A stretch of 63,997 nucleotides of DNA, filler included, from Blastocystis sp. subtype 4 (GCF_000743755.1; 11 parts of 11 records of this genome joined end to end with filler, not necessarily neighbours in it), one strand, 5' to 3'; positions 1-12,181 are shown, counted from the first letter of the whole stretch. Numbers and translations are program-made. Notes: generated by a model from the letters alone, not told the origin.

Positions 1-1
1 T

Positions 2-97
2 TCTCTTATGACCACTACAGAATGCATGATTGCTGATAAGCCTAGTAAGGAACCTGCTGCTCCTGCCATGCCTCAAGGAATGGGAGGAATGTATTAA
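2..97 (+). CDS. HSP60: Chaperonin 60 (cpn60/GroEL family), 3' end only
   Basis: Reads [31 protein letters not shown], the typical cpn60 C-terminus with a GM-rich tail; TGTTTGTT at 107-114. Confidence 0.85.
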   Translation, partial: SLMTTTECMIADKPSKEPAAPAMPQGMGGMY

Positions 98-101
98 GGG
101 G

Positions 102-3100
102 TTAACTGTTTGTTAAGAAACACAAATAAACGCGATTACGTGGAGGACGGTTGATACGATGATATTGATAATTATAGTCCTTCTTCTTATGGAAATAACG
201 AGGGATATAAATGAACACAGGACGACCAATTAGTTTCATCTGAGGTCGTGCTCGTACACGTGTACGACGCTGTCTCACGGTTGATTCTTTACCTTCTTCG
301 ACCTCTTCCATCTCTCCTTCCATCTCCTCTCCTTCCGTATCTTCTACTTCCTCCAACTCATACTCGCCATTAGGCAATTGGTACACATTCATTCTTCGAC
401 TCACTGTCTCGCTGATACACCATGCAGCTAGGACAATTGAGACGATAATCAACAGCAATACTGCCAATATCAGGGCACTTGCTACACTCTTGCAATAACC
501 AACAGGAGCTCCCCAAACAGGCAAACCATCAACTTCCGTACACGTACGTTTCACTTTCCCATACATTCCATTCACTCGAGAGCAATAATAGGTTTCGGTT
601 TGACCAACTGGAGTTGCCGCAAAATCGGTTATATCGGCGCAACCACTTCGTACATACAACTCTACAGTCGTACTAGTCCTTCCTCGCTCATTCTGTGCCA
701 CAATCGTGTATACTGTATTTGGAGACTCGAAAACTGGAGTTCCATAAATCATACCTGACGTGCTATTCATAGTGATTCCTACAGGCAATCCAGGGTAGAT
801 ATTGAAGAAGTCAACATAGAAGGAGAACGAAGGAACCATCTGAATGAATGTTTGAGTGTAGACAGTAAGACGAGAAGGATTATAGGAGAGAGAACTAGGA
901 GCAAACGGAATACATGTGGAAGTATCAGTCTCTGAGAAGTGTCCGTTCTGACAGAGACGTGAAGCAAAGCCACTGTGATATGGAGGACATGGTCCATAAC
1001 TTACAGCACCTTCTGCTGCGCCTGGGAATCCCTCCATAGCTTCACAGGCTACATTAGAACGACGAGATTGAAGAATGATTTCAGCATATTCAATGCCTTC
1101 ACTTATACAACCGTTTCCGACCAACTGATAGGCATTATAGGAGTGAGTGTTGTTCAACTCCCATTCCTTCCAGTATCCATACTGTGATTGAGAAGGCCAC
1201 TCTAAGTTCGATGCTTCAATCAATACATTCCAATTCTCTTGGTCATTTGATGCTTCTAATCGGATAGATTGAGGTCGACGACTCGGAGAATTCCCAGCAT
1301 ACAAGCGAAGGTAGTTCACATACTCTTTTCGCTCGTGATTGTATGTCCATCGAGCCAATACATTCATGCAATCACTCGCACCAAAGAACTTGGTAGTCGG
1401 GTTCCCATCAAAGGCATTTTCGATATATTCATACCAAGGAGATGCAACACCCGAGACTGAACCCCATGGTTCACCTTCGAGAATCCGATTGGATCCGTCT
1501 TGTATGTACTCCATATATAGAGAGAAGGTAGTTGGTGTGGCTGAAGGAATACGGTGCTCTTCAATACAGAAACGGTTATTATGCCCTTCTGGACCATTAG
1601 CAACTTGAATACTGGAATCGACAGAAAATGGGAGGAATTGGATTGATCCAGAAAAGACAATGGTTTCTGGAGTAGTTGATTCTTTGAGAGGGAGAGTATG
1701 ATAATCGAGTGATCCTTCTGGCAAATACACACGATTAATCTCCACTCCATTCAAATACATGACTATTCCACCTTGAACATATGCTCCCACAGAGAATGCA
1801 CTGACTTGGGAGGAGTAAGAAGCACTAAAGGTGGTACAATAATAACCAGTAGTGCCTTCCATCTCGGGAATCAGACTGGCTGTACTCTTACGCCACGATT
1901 CTGATGTACCAGATTGGTACCAATCTGTTGGAGGTGGTGAATCAATTATCCAGTATCTCCAAAGAGCTGAAGCAGCAGGAATGAGAGATTGAGTAGTGAA
2001 TGTGAATGTGGTAAATGTGGATGATGCATCGAATAATCCTGATCGAGGTTCATTCTGTGAGATTCGATATGAATAGCTTACAGTCCCTGCAAGCATCGGA
2101 ACAAACATCAATGAATACGAACCCGAGGGAACACATAATGCTGAGTGGAGTTCTTGTTCTGGTTGCTTTTCAACAGATTCATGCAATACAACACCTGCTT
2201 CTCCCTGAAGGATGACCTCACATCGATCAGTACCACTCAACCCAGTCACATTCACATGAACAAGAGTATACTCTCGATCATCTTCACATCTCCTCACACT
2301 CATTCGAACAGTCACTTCTCTTGTCACTCCTCCTTCACTTACTCCTCCAATGGTGACCATTGTTGAATCTCTTACTTCTTCTGGAGTTCCAAATAAACGA
2401 CCATTTTTAGCATCAATTCGTACTCCTGGGAGAACGGGTGACATATAGAAGTCTTGGAACTTTTCTGTATTTGACAAAAATACCTCCGATACTGGAATTC
2501 CTAAAAACAGCACAATTTCTTCCTTTTGAAGAACGAATTGTTCCACAGAGGTTTGTGCCACAGATTTGTAGAGAAGACTCCATTCAGATACTTCCAGACT
2601 CACATCTCCCTGAACAGATGTGATGTAGAGCTGATAGAAGGATAAGAAAGAGGGATTCAGAACGAAGCATTTACGCTCACCACGTGTAAACACAGCAGCT
2701 GACACATGATGGAGTTCCATCCATGAAGATCCATCCGTACTGGCTCTAAGATACCATTCCTGAGGATCATGAGATGGGTGACTAAAAGACGAAGTAACAC
2801 AATACTGATTAAACACATCTCTGCGGTCTGAGAGTAATGAGACATCTACTGAATAGCTAGGAAGAGAAGCCGAAGCTTGATAAGTAGTACTTGCTGAAGC
2901 ATCGAATAAGAGAGAACCTGGATGCCCTGTAAGATGAGAAGAATCAGTAATGGAGTGAGTTGTATGATACGCATCATCGTTAGTAATTCGAGAGAGATGT
3001 GTATGATGAGATGAAAATAATGCAATACATCTGAAGTCAACAACTCGAGATGAAGCATCATGATTTATAACTGCTATCGAAACCACATTAGAACCAACAT

Positions 3101-5548
3101 GGAGAGTAGACGAAGAGAGAGCAAGTTGAATAACATGCCAATAAGCAGAACTTGTTTTACTGGTGGTCCATTGTTCTTGGATATCTCCTGAAGGAACATT
3201 ACAACGATACAGTTCGACATCATTCACATAGACAACCAATCCTCCTTCAGCAAACACTTCCATATCCAATATTGTGATGTCAGTAGTTATCACAAGATTT
3301 ATACTGCGTCGAAACAGCCACACCGAACGAGACAGAGTTACATCTCCGATCGGTAGGGAACTCCATCCTTCTGTAAAGCTGGCTTTGTACCAATCTACTG
3401 GGACATCAGAAGTACTTCGATAGAACCAATCAGACAGATACCCTTCACTAAGCATTTGAAGAGAAAGTGGAATATCTTCTGATTGATATCCCTTAGGAAG
3501 AGTTACATCCCCAAGACGCATTGATTGAGCAGGTGTAGTTGTTGTGATTACTGCTAATCGTAACTTCGTTCCTGATGACCATCCATTCAATGTCTCTGTA
3601 CTCAATCGCAACCTATAAGCAGTGGATTGAAGACAGAGATCCGTTGTAAACACTTGAGTTCCATCTGAAACATCACTACAGAACTGTTCAGCAATGAGAA
3701 GATCACTGTTCCAGATCTGCCATGAATCAGAACCACTGGGACCAGAACATGTGAACGAAAGTTGAAGGTGAGTATTCGACCCCCCACACTCCATAACAAA
3801 CAGTGAAAACGAAGTAGAATACGTAATTGAGCCAGTCAATGCGTGTCTTGCTGTCACTGTAAATACTGCTGAACCAAATGAAGCAGTTTCAGGAATAGAA
3901 CCAGTGATCGATCCTGACGTGGTTGAGAATGCCAACCCTTCAGGAAGGATCCCTCCCTGAAGTTGGAAGTCAGAATAGCCGGGATAGATGGGTTCAATCA
4001 ACACATTCTGTTGGCCAGGAAAGAAAAAGCCTTTCGCTGTTGGATATCGGAGCTCCGGAGAAGAGACAACCAGATCTCTTGTCTCCAAGGAGATCTCAGA
4101 AAGAGTAAAAGGCAGGCCATTAACAGAACGAAGGAATGAGATACGATACAGAGGATACGATGTCTGTTGATATGGAAGGAAAAATCGTTCTGTTTTTCGG
4201 TCTTGGAAATAACCAGGATTATCTCGAACATCCAAAGTAACCCAGTTTCTCCCTACATTACTCCCTTCAAGACGCCAAGCAAGGAGACACGCGCTACCAG
4301 CTTCAGCAACTGTAATAGAATAAGAATTAATTTTCTCTTCTCTGTAATGTGAGGAATACTGTCTAAGCATACGCTTCATTTGGAACAGTGAACATCAACC
4401 AGCTATTCGTAAGAAGGGTCACAGATGTCCGTCGATCATCGTCTGTAAGTGGATCCAAAACAATCGACTGATCTCTTGAATACAACAGCTCGAAATCATG
4501 AACACGATAAAAACCGCGGGAATCTGTGAATCAGATCAACATCCGATATCAACCTGTGGGAAGGAAATGCGCATAAGAAACGAATTCATCGTCATGTTCT
4601 GTATGGATAAGACAGTCATGGACTTCACAAGAAACCACGATGGTTGATTGGAGACTAGAAAGCGTTGCGAGTGACGAACTGTTAATTAAAAAGAACGGAA
4701 GAGAAACTACTAGTAAAAGACAGGAGTTGGAAGAGAAGTTTGAGCTGGAGTCACATCAGAGATTTGACCCCTATAAATTTATATGGGAAATAATGAATAC
4801 GAAGGAAGATTGCGTCGAAACAATTCTTCTCCATTCAAATAACAGGCAAGCCCAATATTGGTTTTGGCACCAATTCGGAAGCCTGAAAAGACAGCTGGAA
4901 TACTGATAGATGATATGACCACTCGATAATATCGAGTGATCGTAGATCCTGAGACAGGAGTAAATGACCCTGCTGCAGCCTCATTCCACGCTGAATCATC
5001 AAATGATGTCGATTTCCATCCATTAGCATAAGAATCAGAGTATTTCCATGAGGTATTGGGATCAATGAGCCAGTTGCCTACAATCTATACCAAATCAATT
5101 TACTACAATCAAGCCAGATAGTTCTCTCTCCAAATGAATCCAAAGTCATATCAACTTGTTTGTAAGAGCCAAAGAGAGTTACAGTCAGACGAGAAGCTTG
5201 ATCCCATCCATTACTGGAGCTATGGTTAATAAGATATCGAATCAAAACCTGTCAGAGAGAATGAGGGTGTATGTTCCTTTCTCAACACAAATATCAATAG
5301 TTATTTCAGATTCTTCTGCTTGTTTTCCATTGTAGAGCGTAATAAGTGTACCACTTGATGGCGAGTCCTTCCAAAGCTCGAATGTTTCTTCGTTCTTATT
5401 GGCGCCATAAGTCCGAACAATAGAAAGTGGTACTTGGGACTGTTTACAGACAAGAGAATCACAAACGACTAGAGGGAACACAAACATCGATCAACCAACC
5501 TAACGGTAATATAACAAAACACAAAATAGAATAGATAGACGAAACCAT
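102..5548 (-). CDS. Large multi-exon type I membrane/surface protein with putative Ig (He_PIG-like), discoidin/galactose-binding-like and Cys-rich modules
   Basis: The 1425-aa ORF joins upstream exons via ~30-nt GT-AG introns to ATG 5548 (MVSSIYSILCFVILPLVVC, signal-peptide-like). It has repeated LPxGLxxxxxSGxIxGxP motifs, an NAFDGNPTTKF discoidin-like motif, Cys-rich units, a TM helix (ALILAVLLLIIVSIVLAAWCI) and an acidic/basic tail. Confidence 0.75.
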
Positions 5549-5682
5549 AGAAAGAGATTATATGACTCTTCGATACTTGTTATTTATCAAACACTTCACT
5601 ATAGTACAAAGATGTCTTAATGACAGCTCTTCTCACACACTTTCTTCAACTCTTGTAACATCTCCTCGAGTCTTCGAATAGC

Positions 5683-5782
5683 NNNNNNNNNNNNNNNNNN
5701 NNNNNNNNNNNNNNNNNNNNNNNNNNTTAATTAATTAANNNNNNNNNNNNNNNNNNNNNNNNNNNNNNNNNNNNNNNNNNNN
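5683..5782. other. Artificial contig spacer
   Basis: 100 nt of N with central TTAATTAATTAA (stops in all six frames). Confidence 0.97.
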
Positions 5783-6510
5783 CTTGCTTTCTGTAATTCT
5801 CCTAGGGTTTGATTAAGATGTTCTTGTAATGCCACAATCTGTTTATCTTTCTCATTCAATTCATTCATATGTACCTCTTTATCATGGACTGATTCTTTCA
5901 TATGTTTCTGTTTTTGTTGCATCAGTTCAATGTCTTTGTCCCATATCACTTGTTGTTGTTGACGTTTTGCATCCATTCTATCATTATCGATTACCATTTT
6001 TGCTTGATTGAGCATTCCTCGTAACTGTTCTATCTCCATATTCTTTTGATACAATGCTTGAAGTATTTCTGGATTATTGTTGATATTACTGTAGTATGCT
6101 TCAGCAGAAGCAAACATCTCCTTCATTGCAATCAATTCTTTAGACAACCCATCAGCATTCTTCTTAGATGCAACAGCATCTGCTTGAGTACTAATAAGCT
6201 CATTCTGAATCTTTTTCAGTTCTTCATTATTGTCCCTATTCTCTTTTCCATATGTTGCATAAGCAAGAAGAAACATATCAAATGGATTATCTGGATTATA
6301 GTGATATTGAGAACCCAGTTCTATCATTTGTTTGTAATCAGGTGCATTCGTATAGAAATCATAGTAAGCAATGTATTTCCGGTTTTCATTATCACTATCA
6401 TTTGTTGGAAGCCATTTTCCATTGTATTTAAAGCATTTCCTGTTATTGATAATCATTGTTGTTGTCTCTTCACTAGTATTCTGAGTATGATTTGATTCTT
6501 CTTCAGACAT
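5783..6510 (-). CDS. Intronless coiled-coil hypothetical protein, 3'-truncated by contig end; possibly of viral/mobile origin
   Basis: Open frame from MSEEESNHTQ, Q/E/K-rich heptads, no introns, 28 nt from the upstream ORF's stop. Confidence 0.5.
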
Positions 6511-6538
6511 CCTTTTCTTAATGGAAGAAAACAATCAT

Positions 6539-7672
6539 TTAGATTGGATGTGGATGAAGATCCATCATCTGAACTGGTGGTGGTTCATGTGGACGTAAAT
6601 CCATCAGATTATCAGACTTATCATACTCAACTCGAGTTTTGCCTTTAATATCATCAATGCAGTATTTCCAAAATACTTTATGTAGTTGATCTCCTCTTCT
6701 ATCTTCAATCTTTTCTAATATGTTATTGATACTCGATTCATTGAATTCACGTACACCAGATGAGAATCGAGAATAATTATCACTCACCATTGTTTGGGAC
6801 ATTTCATTCTCAAGACTTGAGATGAGTTTCCGTATGAATCGAGTCTTGTTACTATCTCTGCTATTTATGAAGACAATTGTGTTCTCGGAGAATTCATCAT
6901 GTCCTTGGATAGTTCCATTCTCGATTTCTACCATCTTATTATACACCTACCTACAGAAATAAAGAACATCCAGATTTGTCAGAGCTGACTCTTGAATAGC
7001 CACTTGATTCGGTTGCATTTGTGTTGAATCTGGATCTTCTACATTATACATTGATTCAACTGGATTGTCTTCAACAGTGTTTGATGTATCTGTTGTCGGT
7101 TTTGCTGAACTTGTATTAGTATTCTCATTCATATCATCTACAGAAGGCATTATAAAACCAGGAACCACTGGATTGAGAACAGGCCTGGGGACTATAGTCT
7201 GATTGTTCTCGACATTTCCCTTATCAACATCATTCCAGTTGATTGGTTTGTATACCGATTTCTGTATCCAAATGGTTCTTGCTTGTATTGAACCCATAAC
7301 AAGGAGTGATCCATAAGCATAATTGATTCTGTATCTCTCATTCAGTTCCAAATGAGAAGGATCTTGATTGAGAACAGGATATTGCATCCACAAATCGAAA
7401 TTGTAGATCACTTGTTCTTTAGCTCCTGTTCGACCAATTCGTGTACCGAAGTAGTTCTCTGGTTTTGTATCCTTGAGTTGAGATTCAGTCATACCAAGAA
7501 TCTTCAATACCTTATCTTGTTCTTCAGAAGGTATATTCGACATATCAACAGCTCCATCACAAGACTTGAAACAATCATTCATTCTATCCTTATTACACAA
7601 CCATTTCATCTTCATTCTTACTTCCATCAGTTTCATTCTCACTTCATCACGATTATCATACAACAAATCCAT
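6539..7672 (-). pseudogene. Hypothetical protein interrupted by one in-frame TAG (6947-6949)
   Basis: ORFs 6947-7672 and 6539-6946 are in the same frame and abut: ...YFCR*VYNKMVE...; the frame also extends upstream past a TGA near 7677. Confidence 0.45.
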
Positions 7673-8676
7673 TCTTCACTCCTCTTCAATCAGTATCCTA
7701 TTGTATCTGTTATCTTCATCTTCTTGCTCCTTCAACTCTCTTCTCTCTACTTTCATCACTTCACTATCTTTCTTCCTTATCTCATTCCCTACTCTCTCAT
7801 ACAACAAAGACTCTTTCCGCACTTGTTCAAGCATCTTTCCTCTTTCATCTCCATACTCTGTTGATAGAGCATTTCAACGACATCTGAGTTGTTATCAATG
7901 TTGCTACAGAATGAAACCACTTCAATCAACTCATTTCTCAACACAATCACTTCTTTAGTCAATTTATCATCATTCTCTTTAGCCACTTTCTTCTCTGTTC
8001 TATCAATAACAATCTCATCTTGAACTCTTATCCATTCTTCCATCTCATCTCACTAATCTTCTTCAAATACACAAACAACAATGAAGATCGAAATGGAACT
8101 GTCAATTGATTAATTCTGTTCATTCAATGATTCAGGCGTTCAGCAAATCCTAATGATATTATGAAGAGTTCAGTACCACTTCATTCTGTTCTCTTAGAAC
8201 CACTTGAATCCATAAATCAATCACTGAACTCCTTTATCAATCATTATCTCATCATTCAAATCATATTCAACAGATCAGTTGTTTTGAATCATTCTTGATC
8301 TATCAGGATCAATATGATAATAATATGAATCTCTTTGACAAAGAATGAGAATGAATCTCTTCTGAAGACTTCAACTCTTGCAGAATGCACAAATGATTGA
8401 TGTTATCATCATTTCAAATGTGTTATTGAACTAATGATGATTTGTTGATTGTTCAATCTCATTACTGAATACAATCACGGGAATCTCATTTATCATTCTT
8501 TGTTCATTCTATCATTCATTTCAACTTTCTATTCAAATCTATACTCTCATATCATATCAATTCTGATCATATCGCTGATTTGGTTATGATCACAGTCTTC
8601 AGGTCATTGATATCATTTTGTTATCAATTCATTAATTCTATTTGTTATACCATCTTCTGGTATTCTTATTTTCATT

Positions 8677-9789
8677 ATGATATCCAACATTGAATTGACT
8701 GAGTTATCTTCAGAAACGACATTCATGAGTGATTTCCCGATTAAAAGTGTTGAAATGACTGATCCAACAAAACCAGATGAAGGAAATGCAACGATTCTGT
8801 TCTCAGGAAAGCATGAAGGATACAAGATGAAAGTGAATATGAAGAAGGGAAAGAAAGAAGGGAAGGGAGTGATCTATCGAAAGAACAACACTGTATTTAT
8901 GGAACTCTTCTTTGTGAATGATATCACAGAAGGAGAATTGATTGAAAGAGATCGATTTGGTCATGTGATAAGGAAAGGATGTTTGCATGAAGGACGAAAG
9001 AGTGGTTTGTTCACTGAATTCGATGATAAAGGAATCGAATTGAATCGATGTTTCTATCGAAATGGTCTGTTGATAAGTGAATTGAAGAAGAGTAAACAAA
9101 TCAATGGATTCTTTGATGAAGTTGATGTGAATGGAATCATTCTTTCCACATCTCAATACAGTGTTGATCGAGCACACAAAGAGGGAATCTGTTATGAGTA
9201 TGAGAATGGTGTATGTTCAAAGAAGTATCAGTATAAGAATGATGAAAGAGTGTTATTGATGAGTGAGTTCAAAGAAGACATAATGATTGAATATGATGAT
9301 AAAGGAAAACGAGTGTATGAAGGAGGATATGGATTAGACAAGACAAAGGGTTATGTGAGGAATGGTGAAGGAAGTGAGTATATGAGTGATGGTGTATCTG
9401 CTTTGTATGTTGGTCATTTTGATAATGGAATGAGAAGTGGTGAAGGAACCTTGTATCGTAATGGATATCCTCAGTACATTGGTGAATGGAAGAATGGATT
9501 GAAGAATGGAAAAGGACATGAATATGACAAGAATGGAAATGTGGTGAGACAAGGAGAATGGAAAAATGGGATTAGGAATGGTGAGTGCACATTAGGCCTT
9601 GCTATGCGTTATCTCTCTTATCTCTTTGTTATAGTAGAATTAATCATAGGTGTTGTTTGTACATTCAACTCCAATTTCTCTTCTGTTGGATTATACGTTA
9701 TTCTTGTTTACGTTATGGTTATGATAATAGCTGCAATTGTATATTGTTCTAGAAATAAGAAAACACTGCCTAAACAACCGATGAAATAG
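8677..9789 (+). CDS. MORN-like repeat protein with two C-terminal TM segments
   Basis: Repeated YxGxW/FxNGxxxGxG motifs; hydrophobic C-terminus; TGTTTGTT at 9802-9809. Confidence 0.8.
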   Translation: MISNIELTELSSETTFMSDFPIKSVEMTDPTKPDEGNATILFSGKHEGYKMKVNMKKGKKEGKGVIYRKNNTVFMELFFVNDITEGELIERDRFGHVIRKGCLHEGRKSGLFTEFDDKGIELNRCFYRNGLLISELKKSKQINGFFDEVDVNGIILSTSQYSVDRAHKEGICYEYENGVCSKKYQYKNDERVLLMSEFKEDIMIEYDDKGKRVYEGGYGLDKTKGYVRNGEGSEYMSDGVSALYVGHFDNGMRSGEGTLYRNGYPQYIGEWKNGLKNGKGHEYDKNGNVVRQGEWKNGIRNGECTLGLAMRYLSYLFVIVELIIGVVCTFNSNFSSVGLYVILVYVMVMIIAAIVYCSRNKKTLPKQPMK

Positions 9790-10040
9790 AATCCAATCCA
9801 TTGTTTGTTATACAGTTATCTTCTTCTGTATACTAAGCTTCATTTCGTTAGTATCAGAGGCCTGAGACCATGCGTGTTCGCGGCATTGAAGGCAGCCTTT
9901 GCTTGCGGCTCGGTTACCTTCTTACCTTGAACTAATGCTAATGGTAAACAAAGTAAATACAAGAATAACTGTGACTAGATGAACGAGATTTAACGAATTG
10001 ATTGTCGCTTAAGAGGTATTGATTGCATTCTAATTCACAA

Positions 10041-10508
10041 ATGTCACATTGGGTTGATCTTGTAGTTGATAGGTTGATGGAATTTGATGAAAACGCATTC
10101 ATGCAAAGGGTGGAAGTTGTTATCAGATACAAAGATTCTATGACAGCAGCTTGTATTAAATCGCGATTGAGACACGGACAAACGGAAAGATCATTGGTTC
10201 TCACAGATGGAAAAGTGAAAACACTTTCTCACGTCATTGCTGAATAGTTCCTGCAGAAATACAAGAATCCTGATTCAAAATATGTTGCTGTTTTCAATGG
10301 TGACAGAACTGATTTGCATTTTACCAATCTCTGCTGGTGTAATGGACATCAACTGAATATGATTAAGAAGATAGGACCTAAAATCACCAAATACACTGAT
10401 GGACATCAACTTTACTTCCTTGTTCATCTTGGCAAACTCACTTACAAACAACTATTCAACCTTATTAATGTAATCAAAATGTGTGATGAAGAAGAGCAAA
10501 ATGCTTAA
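10041..10508 (+). pseudogene. Degenerate HNH (HNH_3-like) endonuclease with in-frame TAG at 10245-10247
   Basis: Read through: TLSHVIAE*FLQKYKNPDSKYVAVFNGDRTDLHFTNLCWCN, resembling the HRLIAEQFIPNP..VDHINGDRTDN...NLRW pattern with catalytic residues lost. Confidence 0.55.
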
Positions 10509-10744
10509 AACGCATACTAATTCACGTTGACACTAATTGATTGTTTTGATGTTTTTTGAAGTGGAGTAGTGAAGTAGCCTCCAGAATAATTGCTCCCTTA
10601 TTCCGTTTTCTATTCAGTTATATGAATATCAAAATAATCCATATTACTGGTCACACATTTTGCGTCTGTTCGTCATCCTATTACACCATCATTTAGTGTT
10701 AGAAAGATTAGTAGGCTATTGACGTAAGTACGTATTATTATTAA

Positions 10745-11030
10745 CCAGACAAACCGTCGCAAACATGGGCCTCCAACCCTGGGTAGCTATACACGCTTAA
10801 CCCTACCAGACAAAAACGCCAGTAAAATGCAGACAAAAAGGGAAAAGGCAGACATTTTGATCATAATTTGGAAACATATCCAACCCATTTCAAGTCAAAT
10901 CATGACTAATAATGTAGTACAAAAGTTTTGCATCTATTATCATAATGGTCAACAATGTAGCACAAATTCTTTGTTGATAATACTCTAGTAATGAAAAGCA
11001 ACAATGACTAACAATGTAGCACAAATAATT
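10745..11030 (+). repeat. Repeat-rich non-coding leader: 4x CAGACA(AA) and 3x ~24-nt AAYAATGTAGYACAAA units
   Basis: Longer units at ~10902-10924, ~10945-10968 and ~11004-11030; CAGACA units between 10745 and 10856. Confidence 0.7.
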
Positions 11031-11044
11031 TGTTGTTAAAGTAA

Positions 11045-11456
11045 ATGCATTACTCAATAATCATTCAAGGCAAACCATCAAATGGATCATTCACATGGGA
11101 CAATCCTTATCGTTTCAACAATCCATACATTACTATGATCAAAGTACTATTAACACCAAATTCAGATTCACTCTTTTCAAACATTGATCAAACCAATACT
11201 GTATCTAATGGTAAAGGAGAATCTGTAGTATTTGAGAAAGGATATTATACTCTAGCTGACATAATCGCTATCCTCAATCAAATGCAATATACTCAATACT
11301 CCATATCAAATGCAGTTTCAAGTTATGGATGTTTCCATATACAATCATCATGTTCACTTGATTTCTCACAAGCACCAGATATCATAGACATATTAGGTCT
11401 AACAGAAACAACATATAATCCAGGTGCAAATACAGGAGCTAATATCATTGATATCA
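11045..11456 (+). mobile_element. Candidate Polinton/PLV-type minor capsid (penton) gene, truncated by contig end
   Basis: Intronless beta-rich ORF with VVFEKGYYTLADIIAILN ... IIDILGL ... NIIDI, matching the G(N/Y)Y..e.l...in / LG(F/L) / .dl pattern I associate with Polinton/adintovirus pentons. Motif recognition only. Confidence 0.55.
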
Positions 11457-11556
11457 NNNNNNNNNNNNNNNNNNNNNNNNNNNNNNNNNNNNNNNNNNNN
11501 TTAATTAATTAANNNNNNNNNNNNNNNNNNNNNNNNNNNNNNNNNNNNNNNNNNNN
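11457..11556. other. Artificial contig spacer
   Basis: N/TTAATTAATTAA/N, 100 nt. Confidence 0.97.
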
Positions 11557-12181
11557 CCTTTGATACTTGAATAGTATTGGTATCATTGGTGAACACAACC
11601 ACATTGATTCCATAGAGTCTTCGATACATAGCTAATAGAGTGAGAACTGTGTATTTCTTGCATGTTTCACCTTGAATACAATTGATTGAAAGACTCTTTA
11701 TACTCACAATGATAGTATTGGATAATGAGTATTTGTGGGCTATTGATAAGAAAGATAATGATATTTCACTGGTTAGAAGATGAGAAGTGACATTATCCTT
11801 TCTCTTACTACAAACATATTGTTCATCATCGATTGAATACGTATTTCTATTTGTTATGATAATCCAGAGGTACAGAATAAAAGAAACATCAGTTGTTCGA
11901 GATCGAAGAGGAATGATAATCAGATCATATGCTTTCTTCATGGATTGTAAGTACGAAAGTGATTCATTTCGTCATATTATTGTTTGTTTCCAGCTGAATC
12001 GCATTGAAATTGAGTGAAAGGTGTCATTTATTGTTCCAATGGAGCTCTGTAGAGTATAGCAGTATGCACTATCATTATTGAAAGATACAGAATGCAGTTC
12101 AATATGTGGAGGAGATTTGGCAAAAATTGTTTCTCTTCTTGCATTTCGTATTAGCTTCTATAACACTCCAGATACAATTCA

